Under the pieces are notes generated by a model, which ran no database searches, was not told the origin of the DNA, and saw nothing but the letters and a program-made list of their open reading frames with translations. DNA of 64,000 nucleotides. It comes from the human T2T-CHM13v2.0 reference genome, Homo sapiens. Positions 23,421 to 37,849 of the stretch are shown here, piece after piece. The stretch lies in NCBI RefSeq assembly GCF_009914755.1, contig NC_060930.1; one strand, given 5' to 3'. The first letter of the stretch is position 1. Each line of letters opens with the position of its first letter. A program made the translations under genes and the position numbers.

Positions 23421-24689
23421 ACTGTTGTCACTGACCTAGGTCTGTACCCTAGGATTAGTAGACTCTTATTTGATTTCTGGCTTTACTCCTTGGTATGTGT
23501 GGCTTTGGAAAAAGCAAATTAACATCTCTGGGCCTCAGTTGCCTCATATGTAAGCAATGTGCCAATGTTAAATAACAAAGTGAAATAAATTATGTGATCC
23601 TCCTAAAAACATTAAATAGTAATATTATCTTAACTATACTCTTTACCTCTTTATATACACATATGTAATGTACATATATTCAACACTATTTTACTTATCT
23701 AATCATGACATATGATCTCTATCTTCTATATCACAATTAGAACCATGTGCCCTTTCCTGTGTGATATTTGTCATAAGGTTCCCCTCGTATTTCTTTCTGT
23801 TCTTTTGAATTCTTCACCTTTCCAGTTGTCAGATCTATGCATAGGCTCTCAAGATACTCATCTCAGGGGAAATTTTTATTGATTAGGTGCAGTTGGGAAT
23901 TTGTCTCTATCTTCATTTGATCCTTACCTAAGGAGAAAAGACCCCATGACCCTGCAGAGGACAGACACTACTGTGGGCATGTTATCCTTCATCCTCAATA
24001 GGGCAGGCTATGCCAGTGGCGTGGGGCAGCCTGACCTGTCCATCTGTAAGTAAATGCCACTAGTGTGAACCCTTCTAACCCCACCTTACCACACCCTGGG
24101 ACCATCTGTTACCATCTGTTACCAGCACATCTTTGATCTCCTCCTGAGGAGTCTCTGTTTTTCTTGCTGCCATTGTCAAACTTTTCTCTTAGATCATAGA
24201 TTCCTTAAAGATTGTGAATGTAGGATACATTTTTCTATTGCCTCCCCAGCAAGCACAATGAAAAGGTGAGTGTGTGATACACAGAGTTGAACGAATGGAA
24301 AAGAGATGACATTGAGCATCCCTCAGAAGTTCCCTGGCATAGATCTCTCACTGCCTCAAAGCTCCTATTACCTATTATAATTCAAGTACTATTTCAGATG
24401 GGGCACCCTACCAGCTTTAATGCTGCTGCAAATTCCACAGTGGAGGACAGGGATCTGAAGGACAAGCTCATGTGTTTTGTGGAGGATTAAGGTCATGAGC
24501 AGTTAGGATCTTGAGACCCCTGGCTTTCTTGACTAAGGCAGGGTGTTGCGAGAGATTGGATATCATGAAAGCAATGACAAGAGTTTGGGTTCCTTAGAGG
24601 GAGTGGCCAAAGATGTATAGATAGAAAGGCACCAAAATCAAACCTTGTTACATTTCTAAACATAACTTTGTGTGATTTCCTGCAAATCA

Positions 24690-25033
24690 CAGATGCTCCT
24701 TGACTTATGATGGTATTACATCCTGATAAGCCCATTGTAAGTTGAAAGTACTATAAATCAAAAATGTGTTGAATACACCTAACCTGCCAAACATCATAGC
24801 TTCATAGCTTAGCCTAGCCTGCCTTAAATATGCTCAGAAATTTTACATTAGCCCACAGCTGGCCAAAATCACCTAACACAAAGCCTATTTGAGAATAAAG
24901 TGCTGAATATTTCATGTAATTTATTGAATACTGTACTGAAAGTGAGAAACAGAATGGTTATGTGTACTCGAAGTCCAGTTTCTTCTGAATGTGTATATCT
25001 TAAGTCAAACTGTTGTATGTCGGGGACTGCCTG
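24690..25033. mobile_element. MER47-like TcMar-Tigger non-autonomous DNA transposon
   Basis: TIR-like ends cagatgctccttgactta / tatgtcggggactgcctg followed by TA; internal acacctaacctgccaaacatcatagcttagcctagcc motif with an 8-bp duplication catagctt. Confidence 0.8.
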
Positions 25034-27239
25034 TATTTCTTAAACTTCCCAAGAGTTCTTACTGACAGGCCTAACATGCCAGTGTTGATTAAGTAGGCTT
25101 TTTGCTAGTTTCAGAGGAAAATAAATGTGTAAAACTATAAGTAAGAACCCAGTTGACCAAATTGAGCAGTAGCAAGTTTCTTGAATGGCAGAAAAGGTGA
25201 CTGTGTGATTATGACTGAACAACTCAAAGAACCCTGGACCTCCCTTTAATTCCGCTGGCTGGGAGGGAAACATAGTGAAGATTCATGCTGCATTGGTTTT
25301 CTTTTTTCTTGTTAAATGGATTTTTGTTGGTTGTCTTAGATACAATTATTTGATTTAGCTTGGAAAGTTACTCAGGATCTAAAGAGAAAAGTTTCCGGAG
25401 AGAATTGGTGTATTTTTAATGAGTTTTTACTAGGGAAACAATGTAAAATTATAATGGAAACCTACTGGGAATTTTCCCACACTCCCATCACTTTATCAAA
25501 TTTGCCATCACATGTCTTTTTATATTATAGACTTTTATCCTATACATAACAAACTCCTACATGTTATAGAGATATTTTTGATCCAGTCTTGTAATCTAAA
25601 TTTTCAATTTTATATTGGATTTAAAAAAAATCTTTTTCTCTTCCCATTGTATCTGTAGCCCTTCCCTTATCTTCTCTTAATTCTGGCAAGTCTAAAAAAT
25701 ACATCATCAGCGTGGTGTTATCCCCAATCTATTGGTTACTTTTGTTTATAATGTTGCTTTGTTTTAAATTCTTTAATGTTTTGAGGAAAACTAACAGGGC
25801 TTAATACATATATTCTGCAATAAAGGCAGGATCAATCAACTACTTAAGTAAATCTAGCAGTTGTTCATTATATACTATTACATCATAATTAACTTGTGAG
25901 TGTGTAAGAACATGCTATGGGCTGAAAAAAATTATTTATATCTGTGCCCACAGAAGTTTATAGTCAAGTTGAGGTGTTGGGGCATACTCACATGATTCTA
26001 TAACTAACAGGAACTAATCATATATAACAGCAAGCTAAGCTGAAATAATAGCATGCCAAATTGTGAGATGCAGAGACTGATAGGACAAGGAAGCACATAC
26101 TATACACGATGTGCTAATTGTGAAGTTCAGATCCATGCAGAAAGAGAGAGAGTGCAAGAGTGCCCTGCAGCCTTCTTGTATCATCAGGGAAGGAGTCTCA
26201 GAAGAGCGGCTGATAGGGGCTGCTGCCCTGGCAGCATTCAGAGAGGAGCAGGAATGGATTTCCAGTCACTATTGGAAATGATCTATGAGCTATACTGGGC
26301 TGTTTGGTGGAATGTGCTTGTCTCATGCCCTCTTAGAGCTATAGCTCACCACGGCCATGGCTCTGAGAGTTTGTGCCAGCCCTGAGAGAACACATTAGGG
26401 AAGAAAGAATAAATCTCTGTAGAACAAGACATTCTTGTGTTTTTACATTTTTACTAGCTAGAGAAAAAATGGATAGTAAACAAGAAATAATGGAAAATGA
26501 TATTGTACAAACCAAAGAAGAGAGACCATTTCACTATATATATATCACAGAGAATGTGAAGGGTGTGTGCATGTATAGATTTAAAATCCTGATAATAAAT
26601 TTATAAACCTGTCATAAGCAAGGGATATCATTTGTTGCTATCAGGAAGACTAGAGACTCCTGTTAGGAAACAAACAGAGTTAATTTCCATCTCTAGCATG
26701 CTGCTTACTAGGTATGGGTCTGGGAGCAAGGTCAATTTCATCCTCTGTGGAATGAGAGCTTTTGTGTCTTCTTCATAAGATTTGAAGGGAGACAGAGTAC
26801 AAACAGATGCTAGTTTGTCCTGTTTTCCTTTAAAAAAAAATTCTAATCCCAAACATGTTTATTTTTGAAGGTGACTTTGAGCTTGTGTTAAGTAGCACTA
26901 AAAAGTCTAGTCTAGCCATCAGTTGCCCTTGAAGAACGGCCTTAAGGTCAACTCATTGGTTGAAAAAAATTGGCCTTCGGAGTGAAACTATCATGTGATA
27001 GTTTGGGAATCCGAAAGAATCACAGGACTAGTATGGAGACAGTACACTCTCCAGTTATCATTTGAGGGATATGAGCACTCTTTATTTCTTAAACACTCAG
27101 AGGAAGTACTCTTAGACCATTACAGTATTGATCATAATGGTAGATTTCATGAAATGTGAAAACCCATTGTCTTTTTCATGGAGTATCTTTTTATAGTTGG
27201 CTGGGAGCTAATGCATTGTGTGTATCTGCCAATGAGAGT

Positions 27240-27812
27240 TGTTTTAGTTTTCTCTGCAGCCTTAACAAATTATCATGATGTTAGCAGTTTAAAATAACAC
27301 CCATTTGTTATATAACAGTTATGTAGGTCAGAAGTCTCAGTAGAGCATGGCTCCATTGAGTCTTGTTTAGCATCTCATAAGGCTCTGGGGATGAATCAAT
27401 CCTAAGCCTGTTTAAGTTGTTGCATGAATTCTCTTCCTGGAGCTGTTGTCCTGAGGTCCCCATTTCTTTGCTGCCTATTAGCCAGCAGTTGTTCCTAGAG
27501 GTTGTTCCTGTAGGTTGTCTACATCCCTTTTCGTGCTTTCCACATGACCTCTCTGGCAACAATGGACGCAGTCCCTCCTGTGCTTCCAATCCTTACATTT
27601 GTGCCCTGTTTCTCTAATCCCAGGCAGAGAAAGTTCTCACTTTAATGGCCCATATGGTTTGGAATTTGCCCACTTGAATAATCTAGAATAACCCCATTAT
27701 TTTAAGGCATTTAATCTTAATTACATATGTAAAGTACCTTTGCCATGAAGTGTAACTTTCACAGGTTTCGGAAATTAGGGTGTGGACATCTGTAGGGGGC
27801 CATTCTGCCCCC
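27240..27812 (-). mobile_element. MLT1D/E-like MaLR LTR
   Basis: ttaacaaattatcat...aataacacccatttg...ttagggtgtggacatctgtagggggccattctgcc. Confidence 0.7.
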
Positions 27813-29033
27813 TGTTAAAAGCTATTACTCTGCTATCAGTTTTTTAAGGTATTTTGTCCTCCTCAAAATCACTTTTTAAATTTCAATTCCATGAGCTTGG
27901 CGACCCTGCCATCTAATATACCCAAAATATAACTCTCAGAGGGTTAGTTCCTGATATTCCGGTGACACTGCTTTGCCTCAAATATACACTTATTCGTTAT
28001 CATGGATTGCCTCTTAACATGAGTACTGAGTATTTTCCCCCATCCCTGTTACATTTCTTAGTTGTAGGATCTATTTTCTAGATTATCAAATTAAAAGAAA
28101 GTGGTTTTTATTGATAACTATGCTTCATTACACTTGAATACTTGTCTGTGAATATTATATGGGACAATGATCAGGAAAGTAGTTAAAAATATATTTGACC
28201 ACATTTCCTGGTAGTGATGTGGGAAAATGTAGATGCTGAACCATCTGTTGTCATTTGGTAGGATTCAGCTGGCATGAGGCTCAGGCTGGCTGATAAGAGA
28301 CCATTACTGACATGGGTACTCTGAGACCCTTCCTCATATGGGTGCAAACAATGGCTCCTGGGATGTGGGTGAACTCCTAAAGGACCAAGAGACAAAAGCC
28401 TACATCCTCAGGTGTTGATTCTTTTTTTTTCCCCCTAGTATTTACTTCCTTTAAGTGTAGGAAGATAAATTGAGGAAAATCACACATTATTACTGTAAGA
28501 TTGTAAAATCCTTGTTCTTCAGGCTGTTTTTCTCTTCTTCATTCCTTTGGCTTACTTGTCCTTCAGCCATTTCACTGCTAATATAATTTCTACCAGCAAG
28601 TGAACGGTGGCAGAGAAATGACAGTTATATCTTACTCTAATTATCAGCCTGATATACGGTTTGGAGAATGAGATGGTGAAAACCAGGGGCCAGAAGAGTG
28701 GGCTCTTTAGTCATCATTACTTGTCTCCAGGATCCCAGTAACAATCCAAGTAGCCTATAGATGGCCTTTACTATAAAGACCTGGGCATACTTAGAATCCA
28801 AGTGGGCACTGTTGGAGCTTACCTAGATAATCCTTTCCTTATTTTACAAGATGAAAAACCTGGACCTAGAAAGGTTTATGAGCTGTCACAGCCCAGAGAA
28901 GCCTAAAGAAACAAGGAAAATAAATGAACAGTGATATCCTGGATAGAATTCTGGGACAGAAAAAGGAAAAAAAAATGATGAAATCTGAAAAAAATAAAAT
29001 GGAGTTTAGTAAATAATAGGGAAAATAAAGGAA

Positions 29034-29543
29034 GTCCTACCCTGGGACCTGCCCATTGAAAGGATGCCCACTCTGGGTACCCTCAAGTTGCTAGTGTCTG
29101 CATGACTCTTCCAGCACTTCCTGTTTCCATTGTCCTAACCTGGGTTCTCCTTTTCTTGCTGAACTTATTTGCCTGTGCCTGTCCCTGTTCCTAGTTTCAG
29201 GAAGGGCTTCCACACTGCAGAACTCCAAGGGCACCATTATCATCATGTTCTTTGTCAATGACATCCACTGGAGATGTGCAGTCCAGGCAGTACTCCTTGG
29301 GTAAAAGTTTCTGCCTCTGGACTAGATGTCTGTAGCAGAACCTGGCAGCCTACTGCCTAGACCCATCCTCTTCCAGTCTCTCTCATGTCCCAGGTTCTGC
29401 CTGGAGAAAAACTATATGACATCAGGAATGCTTTTACTTCTCTGTGCCTATTTCCTTCTAATACTTTTCCTCTGTTAATTAAAAAAATTCAAAAATCATA
29501 AGAGGCCATCAAATGCTTCTACACATTTGGCCAACTAATAATG
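29034..29543 (+). repeat. Local direct duplication, copy 1 (~510 bp)
   Basis: Colinear with 31956-32480; shared exact blocks include ttcttgctgaacttatttgcctgt, agaactccaagggcaccattatcatcatgtt and ccagtctctctcatgtcccaggttctgcctgg. Confidence 0.95.
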
Positions 29544-30839
29544 GTCTTCTGCATGGGCACAGAACACAAACACCATGTACATTTCCTCATACGATATTTA
29601 GAAAATTGCCCCTGTGATCCTCATTCATATGTATGGTTCTCCATTCTGTCCTCAGAATTTGTTACTGAAAGTTGCATTGGTCAGTATGAATAAACTAAGA
29701 CCAGAATGCAAATCCACTGTATTTTCTCCGTACGGGCTTCCCACCAGCTTATGTCTGGCCAGGTTTTGAACAGTTGCAGAGAAAGTGTGCTTACTGTAAC
29801 AGAGTGGCTAGGTGGGGAGGAAAGCACCTGATGGATCATCATTTGCATCTTCATATGCCCTTTGTGCTCCAGGATGCCTTATTTCCCACTAATAAATCAC
29901 CATAAGCTTGAGGCCTTTGTCTTGACAACATCATTTTCTCTCAGTCCAAGAGCATTTCATGGTCTTGGTGATATATGATGAGACTTCGTACTCATGTGGA
30001 TTCCTGTGTAAAGAATTTCTCTTTATTGGATTTTTTCCCTTTGAAATTTAGCCAAAATTTAATGAGAAAAAATTATCCATTATGGGGGTTTTGCTTTTAA
30101 AGCAAATATGACTGTCCAGTTGCAGGTGTCTTATAGGTGCTATCTGCTTTCAGTTAAGAGCAATTTAGATATCAGATTAGAAACCCTTCCCGTTGACTGA
30201 CATCTTACAAATGAAATCTGCAGCCTCTTGAACTTAATTATATCTTCATGAATATTGTAAGGCTTCAAAACTTGGCTGTGGTTTTGAAACTCAGCCAGGG
30301 AGGTATTAATGGTGTTATAATTTGTATTTATGTAATGTTCTTTCTTCCAGCTGGTTCAAAGTACCTAACGCATTGTTTCAGTCTCTCTACATAGACTGAA
30401 AACCTCACTGTACCCATTTATAAATAGGGACCCTAAGGGTCAACGAAGTGACACAAATTAGTAAAGTCCACATAAAACTCTAGGAGGTTTCTTTGTGCTC
30501 TGAATGCCTCCCTAGGAAAGTTGTGTTCACTGTTGAGATGTGTTTTATTTATATCACATTGTGCTAAATACACATTCAGTCTCAACTTCTGCTTCAGCCA
30601 TCAATCCCAGCTCCTGTTCCCCTTTTCTCTTTCTTTGCCCACCCACTTGATTTCCATCAATAACTTCTTCCTACTCCAAGTCCTAGAACATCATTTTTAA
30701 TCTTTAAAGTTCAAGACACTTTCCCAGGGCCCCCAAAATGGTAATTTTTTTAATGTGTAGGTCTATGATGAGCCCGGAAATCTCCATTTTAACAGATACA
30801 TTAAAAGAGTACAATGCTTATAATTTTTTAAATACCTCA

Positions 30840-31203
30840 TGACATGGTTTGGCTGTGTCCCCACCCAAATTTCATCCTGAATTGTAGCTCCCATAATCCC
30901 CACGTGTCCAGGAAGAGACCTGGTGGGAGGTAATTGAATCATGGGGGCAGATTTTTCCCATATTGTTCTGGTGATAGTGAACAAGCCTCAAGAGATCTGA
31001 TGGTTTTACAGAGGGCAGTTCCCCTGCACATGATCTCCTGCCTGTGTCCATGTAAGATGTGCCTTTGCTCCTCCTTCACCTTCTGCCTTGATTGTAAGGC
31101 CTCCTCAGCCATGTGGAACTGTAAATCCATTAAACCTCTTTTTCTTTATAAATTACCCAGTCTTGGGTATGTCTCTATAGGAGCTTAAGAATGGACTAAT
31201 ACA
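30840..31203 (+). mobile_element. THE1-family (THE1C/D-like) solo LTR
   Basis: tgacatggtttggctgtgtccccacccaaat...attaaacctcttt...gactaataca; TG...CA ends; 5-bp TSD cctca (30835-30839 / 31204-31208). Confidence 0.92.
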
Positions 31204-31955
31204 CCTCACAATCAGTTTGGATGTGGAGTGGGAGAGTTGGAAAGAGTGTTAGTATCTTGAGCCTGAGCATTATGGTGTAGTAGAATCTAGGCCATCCATT
31301 CTTTCTTAAATTGAGTTCTCAAGAAGCAGAGCCAGAGGCAGAGATTCCTTTGCTAATGATTTGTTGAGGCGTGCTGTCAAGAGGAGAGGAAGTAAGCTAA
31401 GACTGGGGAGTAAGTTAAGTAATGTCTCAGCTGGAGAGAAGCTGCAATCTGATTCCAGGAAATCCTCTGAAACACAGATTGACTGAGAGTTAGCAAGGGG
31501 TCCAGGCTTTTGAACTCCACTATCCATCATTGGTTGAGTTCTGGCATACAGCAAACGATGGGGGAACAGAGTCTTCCTGATGAGGCATTTCCTGTTCGCC
31601 TGAGAGCAATTCCTCACAGAAGATGGCAGCTGTGGGTTGATTTTAGCAACACTCCATCAGCTGTGCTGTGAGTGTTCTAGTTGAAAAGGTGGTCTAGGCT
31701 GGTCACCAAAAGTATTGGCTACATCTCTCCACTCAACAAGAGTTACCTTTGCTCCTCGCCTTGACCTCCTGGCTTTTCCCTTTCTCCAGTATTGGCAACT
31801 CTTCTGATTTGATGCCAAGACACAGTCCCATCTTGAACCCAGTTCCAGTACCCGACTCTGTATATTTTTGTGCCTGAGTCCCTGTCTTGGTAGCTTCTAT
31901 GATACCACAACTAATTAAAAACTTGTTCTGAATAATGCTTTTCCTAAAGAGTGAT

Positions 31956-32480
31956 GTCCTGCCCTGGGGCCTGCCATTGAAAGGTTGCCCACTCTGGGTA
32001 CCCTCAGGTGTTTGTGTCTGCATGACTCTTCCTTTACTTCCTGTTTCCAAGGTCCCAACCTGGTTTTTCGCTTTCTTGCTGAACTTATTTGCCTGTCCCT
32101 CTTCCTGGTTTCAGGAAGGGCTTCCACACCACAGAACTCCAAGGGCACCATTATCATCATGTTTTCTGTGGATGGTGATGGTGACCTCTGGAGATGTGGA
32201 GATGTGCGGTACAGCAGTCCAGGCAGTACTCCTTGGGCAAGTGTCTGCCTCAGGACTACACTTCTGAAGCAGAACCTGGCAGCCCACTGCCCAGACCCAG
32301 CCTCTCCCAGTCTCTCTCATGTCCCAGGTTCTGCCTGGTGATAATCCATATAAATTCAGGAATGCTTTTACTTCTCTGTGCCTGTTTCTTTGTAATACTT
32401 TTCCACTTTTAATTTTTTAAAAAATTGGAAAATCACAAGAGGCTATCAAATGCTTTTACATATTTGGCCAACTAATAATG
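31956..32480 (+). repeat. Local direct duplication, copy 2 (~525 bp)
   Basis: See copy 1; both copies end at atttggccaactaataatg. Confidence 0.95.
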
Positions 32481-35400
32481 AAATTAAATGTTTCAATCAA
32501 ATCACTTGGGGGATATATTCCTAAAACGTTCTTTGGACAGAGTAAACAAAGGAACTAAACTATATATGGAAAGTAAGGGATAGGGATATTAAGCCAGCTT
32601 CCTAGTCTCTGGGATTGCTGCCTGCACACGACTTGGCCTTCTCATGAAATTCAGGGTCTGTGTGCTGTGGCAGAAATTCAAAAAGCGCTGCTTCCAGCTT
32701 CTTCCCTGCCAGGAAATCTCTCTTCTAAAGATACAGCACAATGATGTACTTGGTGAATCAGACTCAAATTTTGTGTTTATTTACAGGAAATTAACAAAAG
32801 TGAAAAAATTATAACGACTTGAAAATACTATAATAAATGTTATCATTATAATTTTAAAATAATGAGGCCACAAACAGGAATACACAATTCCCCCAAAAGA
32901 AAATGATTTACTTCCCCTAGTAACTAAAGAAAACAAAAAGAATAATTTTGCACTTGTCAAACTGGCATATATTATACAAAATGATAGTATCTACTGCTGG
33001 TCAGGATGTGGTAAAATGGGTGCTCAGATATGCAGCTGATGGTAAAATACATGCTATGATTTTTCCTGGGGGGAAATTTTCCAATATGGATCAAGAGTCT
33101 AAAGAAACGTCTTAATCGAACAATTTTACTGCAAATGATTCATACCAAGGAAATGATCACGTTATGCAATGCTAGAAATATTTGTGTGCAAACAGGAAAA
33201 ATAAAAACTTCCTATATTCCTAATCTCCAACAGGTCAAATATTAGATAAATGCTAATATATTTTTACCACGAATTATAATGGCTCCATTTTACTGGGCTA
33301 TGGCAGGTATGCTATGAATCGGCTTTTTCAATGGTGATATAATCCAGGCTCAAAGGTTCCTAAGACTGGCATGGAAAAGACAGAGCAGGGTTGAAGTTAC
33401 TTGCATCTAACAAGCTCAGCCCCAACAAGTCCTCTATGTGGTCTATCTTATCCCGTTTGAATTCTGAATTTGGTTTGGGGCCCAAGCCCCAGCTAAAAAG
33501 AGAGTGTTAACTTTGCTTTCTTTGCCTCCACAGTTCACACATCCTTCTCAGGGCCTCTTGCATGTCTATGGCTTAGAGTAGGACTCATGAGCTTATGTAT
33601 GTTTAAAATAGTCACTGTGGACTGAACACCATCTAGCAGATAAGGCCTTCAAAGAAATGATAGTCCACTGAGCCTGTCTATGCTAAACGTCTATAGGAGC
33701 TCCCTTTGACTTATTGCTTCAAATCTAAAGCCCTCTGATTTGTTAAAGTTCAATAAATATCTGTTATTATTCCCTGGCTTCCTGCAGTGGAATGTTATGG
33801 GGGTACAAGTTATAGAAGCCCAGAGTAGCTCTTTATTAACCAAGTTCATAAAGGCTTGGATCTGCCCTGCCCCCTCCACACTCGGTATCTCCTCTCTGTT
33901 TGCACCACTATCAATACCAATGCTACTTAGCAGCCCCTTCCTCCTTCTTCTCTTCTCTACTCTGTGTCTTATTCTTGCTTAATAGCCATCTTATGCCCAG
34001 CCTCCTCCATAAATCTTCCCTGGGATGCCACAGTGACTGCAGCATTTCTTAAATCCTTGTCCTTATAGTTGGACCCACAAAGTTTGACTGTATTCTATAC
34101 AAACAGCACAGAGTTAGACATATGAAACATACTCCATGAACAGCTAAGTAGGCAATTTTCCAAATGGAAATGCAATCACTGTGGTATTAAATTCTTGTTC
34201 TCTTGAATAACTTCAAAGAATGAACTGGCATTCTCATTTTAATTTTATTCTAGAAGCAAGTAAAAATTCCTATTATATCAGGTGCTGACATTTTCATCCC
34301 ATCAAATAACTGAATGGACATGAGCATTCAACAATTCCCTTCCACCCAAACTCAATTCACAACCTTAACATGGAACATAATTTTTGCTCTATGTTTAAGG
34401 GACTTGAAGAACATCTCATAGTTTCAGACTAAAATAATAATCTGAACTTTTCCCTTTCATTTTTTCCATTTATACACACTCATTTTATTTCCACAGACAT
34501 TAAGAGCTCTGAATTTGACTAATATACTAAATAGACACCTCATTTATATTACAGCTTTTATTCAATAATCTTGAGTGATAGCTTATAGTCATCATATCAG
34601 GTTTTCTTTTGAATATTCTTAAATGTATTGTAGTCACCATCAATAATAATCATGCTTCAGTTAGATCATCATCCTATTGCTGAGTTATCAGTCATTCACT
34701 ATAAGAATAATTGAGATAATATGAAAGACAATTGTCTAAATAACTTATTACTGCATGAAAATAAGCAAAGTGCGCTGATATCACAGAGTCTACTCTGACA
34801 ATACAAAGAAGGTTTTGCAAATTGGTGGCAGGAATAGGGGAAGTGCTGTGCTGGATTTCTGGCAGCACGCTAGCCCTCAGCTATCCTTTCCCTTAACATC
34901 ATAAGCTACGTTGGGCTTCTGTAACTTGTACCACCATAACATTCCACTGTGGGAAGCCAGGGACCATGGAAACCCATTAAACTGCAACATCCCTTGGCAC
35001 ACAAAATAGGCTTTTCCTCCTTAATGAACACAGTTTGAAAACAATCCACCAAGGAATTTTGTATGCTGTTTCAGTTTACATTAGCAGTTGCAGACGTACC
35101 TGGTGACTATGACTCAGCAGTCGTTGAGGCATAAGGAAATCATTTCTGCCTTCACTTTAGATTCTGTGAGCTTTCAGGGGGCACTACTGAAAAATCAATG
35201 CCAGGTATGTACTTAGAGAAGCTTCTGTTAATGGTTTTCCTGTTGACCTAGCCCATAGAAGAATCTGTCATATTTAATTAGTGTGGCAGTATCATGCTGA
35301 TCAATCTTTTCCCTGGTTTTTCTTTCTTAACTATTTCTGAGCATATACAGAATTAATACACCTATCTTGGTACTAGTGCCCATTTTTCAGCAAACTAGTC

Positions 35401-35489
35401 TCTGCAATGACTTTCTTGTCCCTTGTTGAAGGGTAATCTCTGCTGCTGCATTTTTGTTTTTGTTTCTAGCTGTGTAAGAAATTAGTGCA

Positions 35490-35909
<420 letters not shown>

Positions 35910-37544
35910 CCAAAGCCACATTTCTAACCTCACTCGTAGCTTAGCATGTCCTCTTATTGAGAAGGTTGCCTCTTTCTGTGTTCAGTTCAGTTGGAGGATG
36001 CTACAAAACAACAGGCCCCAAAATAGTAGGGTCCTCTGAATGCACACATTCTAGTATTTAACCCAAAGCATGTGCAAACCCACATGCATGCACACACATG
36101 GTGAGAGAGTTCTGCTGTACTACCACTGCATTTTGTACCCAGAACCAGGACTGCCCTCAACTAACACAGGCTTTGGTGTAAATCTAGTACCTCAGTCTAG
36201 ATTCTTCCTTTATGTTGAGTTAAAGGTATCCATTGCTCATTCCTTCAATCTAGCCTTGGTTAGGTATGACTAACTATGGTCTATTTTTCCTGTTTTCTTG
36301 GTTTTGGTTAGAAAAACCAAGTGGTTAGCAGTATGTTAAGATTTCTGTCTCCCTCCCTCTCTCTAGAATTGGCTCCTTGTTTATGCAGTTTTGAGAATCA
36401 AATACATACAGCGAAGCGGTAGAGGGACCACTCCTATTTCATCTAAATTCCAAGCTCTAGTTGAAGATGTTTTTCTTGTAATATTATAAAATAATATACT
36501 TTTGGCATAAAAATGAACATGGAATAAGTGTAGACAAATAAGCACCTGACCACGTTTGTGTTTGTCTCATATATTCTCATCTCAAAATAACTAGAAACCA
36601 TCAGGGAGAATCTTGATATGTTGCCCAATTAGTATTTTGGTAGGACTGAATCCCACGATGAAGACATCATCCGAAAAGGGAATAACACATGACTCTCTAG
36701 AAAGCAAAGTTCCCCAAAGCACTAAGAAAGTTCCACAGTCAACAGAAACATTGGCCCAGAGATGCTAAACTCCGTATGTTCCTCAATCACATTTCTGATG
36801 AGTGTGTTTTGGTAAGCTTGTGCAAGGTCACTTTGCAAAGACCTAACCCCAACGGTGCAGCCAGTCTTAACGAGAAGCCTTATAGGCATGGGCGCTGCTT
36901 CTCTGAGACAATTCCTTGTGGCACCTTAGAGCTTCTTTAAAGTTTGTTATCATTATTTGGGCTCTAAACTAATATTAACAACCATGACTGTATGCCTGCC
37001 TCAAGGGCCACTCATTTAATTAGAGTCTTAAGTTAACCTTTTTTGTGTATTTACCCCTAGAAGAGAAGGTGCACTTGAAACTTTTTAAGTGCATGAACAA
37101 TGACTATGTCAGAAGAAATGACCATGTAACAGTCTGGGAACTCAGACAAAACCTTAGGGAATCAGTTAATAGTTTATTGTGGCGGTGTTGGTCTGAGGGT
37201 TTTAGAATCTATAATACTGACTTTTAGTGGTGAGCTTCTTTCCAAATTAGTTTTGCCTGTTGATTTTTAACCTCCTCTATGCAGTGATGAACAAAGCATC
37301 TATATAAAGAGCTATGCAAAAATTTGGTCTCTGTATTAACATCATTCATGTGAAATAAATCATGGCAACATTACATGTGATAAAATGTGGAAGGTCTCTT
37401 TATAGATTATATATTGTCTGCAATCAGGGACAAATTTTATTTTGTACACACAAACATTTGTTAATATTGTGACAAATATCACATCTTCCCATTAGCTTGC
37501 TGAGTGTAATGTTACTCTGGGACAGTAACTAAGCAAGAGACAGA

Positions 37545-37795
37545 AGTATCTTGTACTTAAGAGTAAGAGTTGCAGAGTCAGGCAGGCTGGGTGTTAATCT
37601 AGTGACCTCCACATCCACATCCAGCTGTGTGATCTTGGACAAGTTATTTGACCCACTAGTCTTTAGATTGTTCATCAATAAGTTGAGGTTAGTCCTATCA
37701 ACCGTTTCATAAGTCCTTGTGAGATGAATAGAACAGCACATGTAAAGCACCTAATGGAGCTCCTATCACAGAGCAAACCTTTAATCACATTATCA
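37545..37795 (+). mobile_element. MIR SINE
   Basis: gagtcaggcaggctgggt...gctgtgtgatcttggacaagttatttgacc...catgtaaagcacc. Confidence 0.7.
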
Positions 37796-37849
37796 TTTAT
37801 TTCCTGACACTAGGTCAGATGTTAGACTAGTTCTTGGACATATTTTAAA

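Noticed and set aside
31733-32412. Cluster of overlapping 70-118 aa ORFs in duplication copy 2
   Set aside because: No recognisable domain, and indels relative to copy 1 do not preserve frame; expected by chance in moderately GC-rich DNA.
29034-32480. Direct repeats as the two LTRs of a provirus
   Set aside because: No matched TG...CA termini, TSD, PBS or PPT, and no gag/pol remnants visible between them.
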